From positions 26,102,001-26,166,000 of the forward strand of contig OZ365114.1 in NCBI GenBank assembly GCA_977030845.1: 64,000 nucleotides of DNA, written 5' to 3'. Below the pieces are notes generated by a model, which saw nothing but the letters and a program-made list of their open reading frames with translations, searched no databases and had not been told where the DNA came from. The number at the start of each line of letters is the position of its first letter. The first letter of the stretch is position 1. Of this stretch, positions 27,101 through 38,400 are shown piece by piece. Origin of the DNA: Fimbriosthenelais zetlandica (Eukaryota). The position numbers and the translations under genes are program-made.

Positions 27101-30100
27101 GGAAAATGATATGATATTATCTCTGGCTCTTTGTGGGTTTTTGGTATGATAAACAGTTAGTTTTGAGTTTATATATAAATCTAAAATAGGTTTGTTATTT
27201 CCGATTAATTCTAGAAGTACAGCTCTATTTATCATTCAGAAGGGCTCTATTTGTCATGTAACAAGACTACTTACATTGATATACATGGCCCTTTTTCTCA
27301 TAATCTAATTAGAAAAAACATGCTACAGCTGGAGGTTTGTATTATTTAGAAGTCAACCTTATCCCCCCGCCAGCAGGATTGCCCGTCTTTCAGGTGTTAT
27401 CTTATCTGATGCCTGTATTACAGAGTTCTGCCAAGTTATCATCAGTTGTGTTTTACCAGATTTATATGTACACTGATGATCATTCAGAGCTCTGTATTTA
27501 GTCAGAAATGAGGAACCTCACAAAGATCAGAAACTTGAGGATCTTTCCTTAATGCTTTCCTAGGAATATCTTTGTCAAGATTGAATTTAGATTCGACATT
27601 AATAATAGATATTCTAAACAATGTCCAATTCATTATTGATATTTATATTTATATACAAGTAAGTCACTAGTGACTCAGTGATTTAGTGAGGATATTTTCA
27701 GTGTGAGGATGGAAGTTCGTGGAATGGTGGGCCTGCCAATCTTGGTATGCTGTGCAGGCAGGCTCTCTGACAGACTGTGACTAAGTTACCCATGCTGAAT
27801 GCTGGAGACTTTCAAACCTTCCCCTGCTCCATCTCACCCGCTTGAAAAGAACCATCACTTCCGGACCATGGTCAGCAATCAGAATTTGAGGGGAAAAAAG
27901 AAAGGGGAAGATCTGGTCTTCGTTTTCACACATTGACTCAGTGCTAACCCACCTAAATCTAACTTCATGTGAGGTCATCCCCAATCTTCCCTATTTATTT
28001 CTAAAGTGGAAAGTTCTCTGTTTGTAGCCTTCTATGCCTCTCTATATTTCATTCACTGCAGCCACAAATATTCTTTCACTTGGTGTTATATCTTTTAAGC
28101 TGTCCATCCATCCATCTATACACTCCAGTATAGGTGATAACATTTAGAGGAACCTCGTCCAAACTTTCATGTTTATTCTGCCATATTTTAGCCTCTCCTA
28201 TAAAGAATCATTAAAATAGGCTCCGAAGAAGAAGAAAAAACTTGGATGAGACTGGTTTATCCCCATGAGACTGGCAGTTTTCTGGACCACACCCGTACTA
28301 AGATTATACAGCACTGACAGCTAGCCAAACTGAACTGCCCATGTACATACCACAGCTAACTCTCAGCTAAACTACTAATGACAAAATCAGGCATTTTTAA
28401 CCTCTATGTCAATATATACCGACCCACACAGAAAGCTTCCTCTTACCCGACACAATTTCATATTTTCTTTTCCAAAATTTTTTTCTCGTTGGGATGACTT
28501 TCTCCAGGCGTTGATTACAAGTGTTAAAAAGTGGGACTTCTTGGTTCAGTTGAACTGACGAAGGATATACAATTTGAAGAGGGGAATAGTGAGGTACCTG
28601 ATGGTACAAGGCAGACTCATAAGAGTGGCAAGTATTTCAGCTGCCTTCCCCTGCCCCTCCCTGATGGATAGTGAGTAAGAGTACAAAGAGAGGTTCCCCA
28701 AAGTTATTTGTTCAATGGACCAATATCTCAAGGCTCGTTGGCAACTATTGGATTTTAAAATCATTTTTAGTGAGGCATATGTTATATTGCAACAACCTGT
28801 CTTGAGATGACAGAAATGGGACTAGTTATTAATTAGGAACCATTTTGAAAGAGTTGCCTCTGGAAAAAAATCAAGAATGAGGAGAACCGCACAATGAGGT
28901 CCTCCCAGAGGGGTACTTATGATGCACCTGATATGCACATGACTTCAAAGCTGCACAAAGGTTAGCATTCTTGCTAATCATCTTTAATAAACCTTCAGAT
29001 TCCTATCCCAGTCAATATCTCTAAACACCCATCAACGTTATAGGTGATCAACACCATCTGAACTCATTTTTATATGTATAAATCACTTATTGTTCCACTG
29101 CTGTGTTTCAATCTTCAAATGGGGCTACAGAGGTCAAAGGTGACAATAATCTGGTAACAGCTGGGGAGTTCCCAGACATACTATTTCAAGGTGCAAAGTG
29201 AGAAGGGTGCAGTTAAGGGGGAAAGCCTTAATCACCTTCCCTCCCTCACTCTCCTCAGCCTTGCTTGCCTCCATGGAACAGATGCCCTGCAGGAGAAGGC
29301 TTGCCTCTCATTACAGATGCATTTGTTGTGCCTCCCATGGAAGACATCATTTCCATCATGACGTCCTCCCTCTCTCACCCCACTTCCCTGACTCTCAGAC
29401 TGACTGGTTTCATTTACTGATGAAGGTTAAGGGATGGGGTAGATAAATCATATAGAAGTGGAGAATGGGAAGTTTATTTTTGCAATAATTCGTTATGATT
29501 CCTTTCTGCCATGGAATACCTCAACAACCGTGATTGAAACACAAGTCTAATGGCATGCTTGAGATCTTGCGGTGCCACTCTTGAGGGACTGAAGATATAC
29601 AAAATCTTTTGAAAAATGTGCATTGCAATTAGAATCAGAGATTGAATGATGATTGGCATCAACATATATATGTAATACTTTGATGAAATAAGAGCCAGAC
29701 TTGCAATATGTCATTTACCACAGAAATGTAGTGAAGGACCCTATGGGCCAAACCTTCTTACAAAGGCATTGTCTCAGCACCATATATGCCCCGAGGGAGT
29801 TTATATGCTTTACACTTCACAAATAATTCATGAGTTGAGGGAAGGAGTCTAGCCGCCAGCTCAATGTCTAGAAAACTTCAACACAACCCCCTTAAATATT
29901 TCAGCAAATCCTACAATTGACCTCGTGTTGGAGACAGATGCAATGGAGTGTCAGCAGAATCTGTCTGTTGGAGGCAAGCCACCGGAAGTGGCTTGAATTA
30001 GCCAATGAGAACAATTGCTTCTGGGCGACCGGGTTGGGTGGCAGGCGATGCATATTAAACTGCATTCGATTACGTTGCGTGTATCGTGGCAGAGCCGAGG

Positions 30101-31889
30101 TAATGAATTGAAAACCGTTTGTCAATGAAGATCTGCAGCAGGAGGTCTCTAGCGAATGCTGTGCATCCTCGCAGAAGGTTCATGTCTTAAGAAATGTAGG
30201 CTATGTTGCAAACGTGAGAACCGCTCCATTGTTTTCCTTTTATATAGGTCTCCACTGCTTCTCGCCTTCCACTGAAGTATATTGATTTAAGCAGTGAATA
30301 GCAAAAAGTGATGCAACTCCTAGCGCTTTTGCATAGACTGTAATTAGAAATGCATTTTCTTTTCTTGGAATTCAATGACAATAGAAGTGTTGAGTTGAAG
30401 TGCCATCGGTGATATTTTTGTGAAAGAATATTATTCTTTTATTCAATCTCGTCTGAGAGATAATGTATGTCTGGGTATAATCTTTGGACATCATTTCTGA
30501 TACCTTCTCTATGTCATTGATCATAGTTATGAGACCTTCATTCATTCCTTCTCCATTCATTTCAATGGCTGCGCTAAGCTGGCTCACTGTGGGTGCGTGC
30601 ATATTGCACTTGAGGTGCTGTTTATGGTTGATATGTCACAATGAGTAAGGGTGGGGGGAGATTTATGAGTAGGCCTGGATAAACGCTGCTTCATGAAATA
30701 GCCTGCGCAGGTATTGCGTGACTGGATGGAGACGGGGTGAGAGTGTGAAGAAGTGATAGCCCCACTGGCATGCTGTTATATTGGTATCAACTCTCATCTC
30801 TTATCAATAAGCAATGGGATGCTGTGGGTGGTGGAGGTGGTGGGGGTATTCCTCCAGCCGAATCTCTTGGTACCAGTGGTGGTTTATACACTCTGCACCA
30901 ACCTGTGTTTAGATAAAGTCTACCTAGACTCAGTAAATGATGCATATGGACTTCCATATCGGACTGAGATTGTCATAGAGTATACTTTTGAAGAGGATGG
31001 AGGTAGGGAGGGCATGACTCAGACGGGCAATCCCTTCACTGATCTACATTGATCCCAGCTCCATGGGTTATAACCATCTATTATTTAGTCGCTAATTGAT
31101 CTCAAGGCTAGCCTTACATGGATTATTGAATTGACAACCTCATGAAGTGCTGACCCCACAAGAAATTGTCCTGTCCGGGGTCCAGTGTGCTGTGTCTGTG
31201 ACATGCATGGTGTATAGGGAGGGTGAGGGTAGCACAGGTGATGCTAAACAGGTGCACAATAATTGTAGTCTTACCACCAGTTAATATTATTTTTTTTTAC
31301 AATTCAAAAACATGGCAAATCGATTTTCCTCAATCATTCTATAATGAACATCATTGCTGCTGGTTATGACGAATGCATATTTAACACAGCCTAAATCACA
31401 TAATGTGTGTGTGTTTTCCTCATGCATGCAAGGTCAACCATTACATGGTTACATGTTAAATTGCTCCGTTTCGTTCGCCTCACTTATAGCGAAGCTGGTC
31501 GCCTCACTTGTGCCAATAGGCATCCTTGTCTCACCTCTTTTATCTGCTACAAATGACGAATTGCTAAAGAGATATTGCAGCCTTAACCTTGCTCTCTCTC
31601 TTTCTCTTTGAAGAGGATCGATGGTGGCTGCATGCATAGAACAGCAATGTATTGTGTTTCTCAATCACCCTTCCATATCTGGCCATCCATCTATGAACGT
31701 ATATATATCCAAGATCTGTCTGAAGATAAAGGACATCTTGGTCATAAATAAAGTCTAGTAAATATTGAATTAATACAGATGGATTAATGTATGCAATGGC
31801 TTTATTGTTTGGGAACGCATCACCTATCCAAACTTGGATCTAATTGCAGCCCAGTTTTTATTGATATCCTAATTTGTCAGGTTGTGTTT

Positions 31890-32270
31890 CTCCTCTGCTG
31901 TTCCTTTTCAATCAGACCTCTGTGAATTTAATGTTGCGACATGAAGTCAATGGGGCATGGATGATTGGCCCAGCCATTGGGATGTAGTCGGCATGCACCC
32001 GCATTCCAAGACATGGCTGGCCTTACGTTTTACGCCTCGATCCACTACTTAATGCCAGCCCACCATCGATTTGCCGACATTAAACAATTTAAGGCGTCAG
32101 CCCCCATGTTGAGTATTCATGGAGATAATGAAATTGCCAATAAAACTTACACTTCTTTGGCTTCCGGTTTAAAAAGAGGGGGGAAAGATTTTTGTCTCTC
32201 GGCTTGTCTGGTGTTTTTAGGTGTTATGCATTGATGGGAGCTCTTGAAGACGTGCCAGGTCATAGAGTAA
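31890..32270 (+). mobile_element. Decayed Ty3/Gypsy reverse transcriptase core
   Basis: DLCEFNV (31915-31935; cf. GLYEFNV), PLGCSRHAPAFQDM (31974-32015; cf. PFGL.NAPATFQRLM), FADI (32070-32081; cf. LDDI), GLK...C...FLG (32166-32222) and GHRV (32258-32269). Spacings are within a few residues of the canonical ones. Confidence 0.65.
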
Positions 32271-32353
32271 AGGGTGGTTAGGGCCGGGGACGCGTTTGAC
32301 TATTCAAAGCATACCCGCGTAAAGACCCCTAACCATAATATAGGCCTGGATGA

Positions 32354-32387
32354 GGGGGTGTATGGGTGAGGGGGTGGGTGGGAGGGG
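32354..32387 (+). other. G-quadruplex-forming motif
   Basis: Six runs of 3 or more G with 1-5 nt loops: gggggtgtatgggtgagggggtgggtgggagggg. Confidence 0.5.
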
Positions 32388-33088
32388 ATCATGATTGGAA
32401 TTGGGATACAAGGGTGCGGGATTGGGATAATGTAGATGGATCACCCCTGACTACCCTCTTATATTCCACCCACCAAGCACATCTAACCCCCTCCCACTTA
32501 TCCCACTGAAGACATTCAAAATGCATATGGCAAATTGTAGCCAGCGCTGGTGTAAACTGGCAGACAATTGCCTCCTAGAAAATGCCTTGGCGTGGCCTGG
32601 CCCCCTACCAGGACACGGTGGAGCTAAAGAAACCAATTTTCCACCGAGATCAGACTGAGATATTGTCTCTGCCTTCTCACCCTGGGTGTTCCCCTTTTAG
32701 CCAACTTAGGGTCCGCATTCACTACGAGCTCTCTCCTTTAGAATACCACTTGGCTATCATGCATTTAACAAATAATTTTGAGGGAACTCACTTGCATATA
32801 AATTTATGTGAATAACTTATGCTGATGATGAGCAATATAGGGCTGTACGATTGTGACAAATACCTAATTATTTTTTGTTTTTTAGAAGGCCTTAATCAAC
32901 TTCCAGGTTAGTTAATACTATAGTGGATCTAAAGCTTTAGCTCTCTCCACTCACCGCCCATCAGCAGCAGTAGTTGTATTAACGCCCTCGTCTCCTAACT
33001 TGTCTTTGGAAATTCATGGCCTCTACCTTCCCAGCTGCCCTGCTGTAAGCAACCCGTGAACCAAACTCCCAGATTGATATTCTGAGCT

Positions 33089-33190
33089 GCGCGTGCGCAT
33101 CACGTGCGTCCCCCATAATGCCTTACCTTACCAGCCCAATTCATTGGCTGCCGGAAGTATCCAATGACCGCATAATTCCGCCAATCCAGT
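33089..33190. promoter_or_regulatory. Promoter-like cluster: NRF1-like, E-box, four CCAAT boxes and an ETS site
   Basis: gcgcgtgcgca then cacgtg within 33089-33106; CCAAT/ATTGG at 33136, 33143, 33161 and 33181; ccggaagt 33151-33158. Confidence 0.45.
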
Positions 33191-33689
33191 GAGCGCATAA
33201 AATCCCATTAAATTTAATGGAGACACACAGCAACTCTAGGTTTCTCCGTAGGCGCACATTACTATGCATAACACATGAAAGGAGGGGCACACTTGCTCTT
33301 GGGGAAAACATTCCCTTAACAACGTAAAAACATGACCCAATTTTTACCATTGATGGGCCCACCGAAATTCAACAATCCCCAAAATAAAAAAAAATATGAG
33401 TAGAAGACTTTTTTCATGACATAACCCTGGATTTTATTGTGCTCCTCATGTGTAATAAATTACCCTAAATTCATGTGTGGAACCTTTTTATCCTTATTCG
33501 TTTTGGGCTTCATAAAAAGAGTGAAATCGTCACAGATTTTGCCATCTCCTAAGTGACCTTTCCATGTACTACTCTGAATTCGTCTTTATCATCATATTTG
33601 GTATACATGTATGGTTTATCAGAGCATTTTCATTGCTGTGTCCGACCCTTTATGAATTACTCTATAATAAAAACAAAGATGATGAAACA

Positions 33690-33740
33690 AAAGACATCCT
33701 TCATTTTCAACGCTCCCGCCCCGATATATCATACAAGTTC
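33690..33740 (+). mobile_element. Possible Ty1/copia RT C-terminal fragment
   Basis: ILHFQRSRPDISY (RPDISY 33717-33734) resembles LLYL..TRPDISY. This is a single motif only. Confidence 0.25.
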
Positions 33741-34769
33741 ATGCCCTATATAAAGGACGAAAATCGAGCTTGTCCTTCGCTGCCACATCGGAAAGAATCT
33801 ACACAAAGCATAGTAAAAAGCAGCACAAAAAGACAATGCCAGCGATTTAGCCTTGTCAGTATATCTGAGTAAACTCCATTACCTTGCCAGAATGTGTATA
33901 ATGATGTCACGTAAGCACGGCTTTGATTCTCTCTCTGCCCGTGACATATTGCCTATGTTCCTCCCACAGATAATAACATAGTTTATATTTCTCTTCTCGG
34001 CACATGCCTGGGTCGCCTGCCAAGGACCTCCTCTCCCCCCGCCCAGCCCCCCGCTTAGGTTTCATTAGTGCTTTATCTGCATATACAGGGATATTAATAT
34101 GACAGGCAGATAAGCTAACATCTTACCAATCCTGTCTTTTGTCACGTTCAATACAGATCGTTATCCCCGGTACGTCCGGGCTCAGATTTATGCTTGACCC
34201 TTGTCCGTGTACAGGGAACTGATTACAAAGGACTCCTTTACTGATATGAACAAAGCAGGAAAAGCAAAGTAAAAGGCTTCCAAACGTGCAACGACTAGTT
34301 CAATTTAATCCATGACCTTATGTACTGCCCTTGCTTGTGCCCCAAGCAACAAGGCATTCAAAGTAGAACATGTCTTGAAATCTTCAAGGCATTGAAGAAG
34401 GGATTAAAGCAAAAAAAAAAGATAAAAATAGCAATGTGCATTATGCAATACTATGCATGGGCCAAGAAGTGAAAGTTTGGTATAGAAGATGCGGATATAG
34501 AAGTGCATAATGTAAAGAGAAGAGAGTAGGTCTGTCTGTATAGGTGAGGGGCAAATAGACTGTGAAAGAAGATACAGAAGCAGCGAGGAGTGTGGAGTGA
34601 GGGATGGATGAGGGCATGGCAGGTAACAATCAATGCTCCAGCATCCAGCCCTAGGCTGTAACCTGCATTCCAGCACCTGCTTTGCCACAGATCAGGTTAT
34701 TTTTTATACAATGCCCCCATGTGATTGTCACATGATCAAGTCATTGCTTGAGCCTGGCGGCGGTTTGTC

Positions 34770-35040
34770 ACCATAGTTACAGATGCTTCCACTCAATACG
34801 CTGAGTCCACCATTGTTATCATCTATAGTCACAAGTTCTTGCCATTGCAATCGAAAATTTTTTCTTTTAGAAACGACTCTGAAACCTAATGATTCCCCTC
34901 AGTCTGTGAGCAATGGTCAAGTCCAGACGATGAAGCATCAGGTCCAGACGAAGAAGCAACATGAGAATGTCGAAACAAAATTGTATGAAGCAATTGAATT
35001 TGAATTCCGACATTCATTGCCCGAAATGCCAACTACGACC
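34770..35040 (+). mobile_element. Decayed Gypsy integrase core fragment
   Basis: IVTDASTQY (34773-34799; cf. IVSDNGPQF), TTLKPNDSPQSVSNGQ (34873-34920; cf. TTSSP.YPQSNGQ), VQT.K and YEAI..FRHS. Contains an in-frame 21-nt tandem duplication. Confidence 0.5.
34921..34962. repeat. 21-bp imperfect tandem duplication
   Basis: gtccagacgatgaagcatcag / gtccagacgaagaagcaacat (18/21 identical). Confidence 0.8.
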
Positions 35041-35129
35041 TCAGACAGGACTATTATTTGACATTGTATCTTCTTATTCCAATACCTGACTAATTTGTGA
35101 ACCAAGATCAGAGATATATTCTATATTAT

Positions 35130-35400
35130 GAAGCATTACGCACCCTATTACGACAATATGATGTGTATTTTATCGGCTGTTGCCCATGTTACTGGACATA
35201 AACATGGTTTATGATTGTTTCACGCACCGTAAACTTTCATTATTTGTGGATATGTCCTGCACTATTCACAGAAGGTGCAATCCACCTAAATCTACCATGC
35301 CCCTCCATCCACCTATCATGAACAGGTATAAAACCAACCCTCTCATACACCCCAGCTCCGGGGGGCGTGGCCTAACATCTTTGCTGGGGGTATATAATGT
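35130..35400 (+). mobile_element. Decayed non-LTR RT thumb region (R4/Dong- or RTE-like GGRGL motif)
   Basis: D..THRKL (35223-35237), PKS and LIHPSSGGRGLTSLLGVY (GGRGL 35360-35374); cf. D..TRKLL...HPKS..RLY....GGRGL.S+...Y. Confidence 0.5.
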
Positions 35401-38400
35401 CAGATTGACGGATGGTAGCATGTAGTGTAGACACCCATCGGTTGAGGGCCCTCTCGTCCAGTTTGGTATTCTAGAAGTGGATATGCATTTCCCCTAGCAG
35501 GAGGTAGAGGGACTCAAGTGGATTAACTAGGCTTCTCAAGTGAAAAATATGACCCTCGCAGGTCCCATCTCCTTTTAATCAGGCCCAGGATACTAGACTA
35601 GAGGTCTAATTTTGTTTTCCAGTACCTATACAGTACTTTAATCAGTACATTTTTAGTTTAAATTGCTTTGGGTCTTTGGAATATTGGCTACACGATATTC
35701 AAAGTTCTTGAATGCAAGCATCAGATTCTGTGGAGATGTTCTCCATTTTTGTAGACTAGCAATAGAACGTATGTCACTTGAATTGCATAAAAGTGCTCAT
35801 GCAGCTCTTTGTTAAGTCCTTCTCCTTTACAAGTTCTCACAATGGTCAAGCATGTGAACAGGAGCATATGTGGAGGCCCAGTGCAATTGTTAAACATAGC
35901 CTGATCTCTCCCTACACATCCTTCCTCTGCTGTTCTATGGGGTTTTTATTGCACTTAGGACGACCAATTTAGGCGGCGAGCTCATGTGAAACACTCATAT
36001 AATAGCTCATTTTCAGCCTGTAACGGCGTAGAATGGGTATGCAAATGGGGAACAGTGTTTTACCTTGATATACCATTCATATGCAGATTTGGTTTCTTTT
36101 TAATCTAGATGGTGGTGTGAGAATACTCTCGTGGGAGTATATATAGGATCTATGGTGTAATTAGATATGAAATATTTTGGTATGAAAATATGGATGTAGG
36201 TGTTTGTCCATTGTGACCAAGTGAATCTACTAAACAATTATTATGACATTTTATGGTGGTGAATGTGACGAACTCTTCTCCGAAAAAGGACCCTTTATAT
36301 TAGATCTATACATGTAGAGATGTATACAATTAAAAAATGTCCAACTTTTTCCAATAGGAGTTGGACATCTTGGGTATAGCATGATGGAAAAGCCTGTTTT
36401 ATTTATGGCTGCAAGGCTAGGAAACATTCATACCAGCTGGGGAACCTACCTCAGTGTGTGAGATGGGCCTTCAGCGAGAAGACTAAATCAATTATGATCG
36501 ATTGTCGATTGATTTGATGTTGTCTTACCTCAAGGCAGAGTGGCCATGTAGATAATACCCCTCCTTCCCTCTCATATATCTACATCTTCAAAGCCCCAAA
36601 CATACCCAAAGGGATAGTAGATAATGTGCGGTGTACAACATCGTTTCTGTTTCAGATCGAATCTGGCAAGTAAGAACTGTATTCCAGGCAATCATGGTGG
36701 AGAGACAAGAGATAGGGGGAGAATGGAGTGAGAGGGAGAGTAAGGGTGAATGAAGAGTGACGTTGAGAGGGAAGAAGTACTGATGGATGCATAAAATGAC
36801 ACACAAGATAAAATATACACACACAGATAGCGTAAATGGAAATATAGTGATTTATTGGCAAAGTCAAATGTACTCTTGTCACCCTTTTCTGCTTACAATG
36901 ATTTTATGCAGAACCACTGAACATCCTCTTATGCTAGATCTCAATGCACGGATTAGAGCATTTGGCACAGTATAGAGACTTAAAATAGTAAGCCAAGTAG
37001 GTAATAATATAAGAGGAGGGATATATCATGTAAATGCATTAAGCCCAGGGATAATACGTCTGAGGTGTTGCCTCGGGTTCCACTGGGGGTATTTCCTTGC
37101 AGGAAATCTCTCCTAGTGTGTAAACACTGGTTCCATTAAGTTTTATGTTTGCCCTTCTTTAATAATAAACATTCCTTGAATCTTGCTTCATTTACAATCA
37201 CCCAGAGAGGATTAAATGAAGCTGATAAAAAGAAGTGGCCTTCTCCTCGATCAATCAGAGCTTTGAAGGAAAGAAAAAATGATGTTTACCCTGACCCAAC
37301 TTCACCATTCTCATTTCAAAGAGGCATTCTGAGTTCTGGAATGTTGGCAGGAATCTATTTGCCTCAGACTATATGGAGGCTGGTAATAACTATGACAGTC
37401 ATCCCAAGTGATGTTTGCATAGTTTTCACATGTTGAGGAGAATGTTTGCCCCCATTGAATTATACTTTTAACAATAAGTGATATAGCCGATGTTAGTACT
37501 TTCGCTTTTCCAAAATGAATCGCATTGCAATTCATGATCAAAATCTTGGTTTTAATAAGAGATCCAGATATATTACCCTACATGATGCTCCCAAACAACA
37601 TTTAAATATCACCCTGATGCCTTGGAGAAATCTGCAACAATAAAAAGACCTCTGAAGACAAACAGGTGGTAAAGCATCCATTACAAATTGCAAGTACCAA
37701 TTACCATGTGGCCATTTGTGACCCTCGCACATTAAGCTCAGGCGGACGACATTCAATATTGTCATGTGTGAGAGAATGGTGAACTGAGAAGTGGAACTCT
37801 CCACACAATGAGACCAATAAATGCATCCATGTCCGCCTGACAAACGCACCGTCATCTCAACCAATCGGTGATTACGTTACATTCAATCCAAGGCGGTCGA
37901 TGAGAGAGCATGGGAGACAGCCCCTTATTGGCTGGTCTGAGAGGCACTCCATGTTTGAGAACAAATAGAGGCCTGAGTGCTTCAATAGGAACAGGACGAG
38001 TCAATAGGAATAAAATCAATGAACCCAGGTCGAAGCCAACAAGGAGTTTATATCTGAGTATTGGTCCAGGTACCGGGTAAACAGGCTCTGTCATGGTGAA
38101 GGCCAGCCATGATTCTTTTTCCTTCCCCGTTGTCATGACTCCATGTTTGGAATCGGAAATGGAGAAAGTCTCTTTTCATAGCTGGCTCAAGATAGTAGAT
38201 GTATTGATCATGGATTCACTACGGATATAGATCTTTTTTTCTATCTTGCATTCCATGGTGCTCAGTTTTTTTCCCGCTCATCAGAGCAGGATCTTAATAG
38301 AAGGCCCTAAAGCTAGTACTTTAGGGAATCAAAGGTCTGAAGTTTTTTGTGATTCAGAACAAGTTTCAATAATGTATAGTGAAACCTAATAGATGGTGGC

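Noticed and set aside
36928-36954. LMLDLNARI (endonuclease GDxNAR-like); also VVLMGSLNLNL near 38580-38620
   Set aside because: Single motifs without correctly spaced partner motifs.
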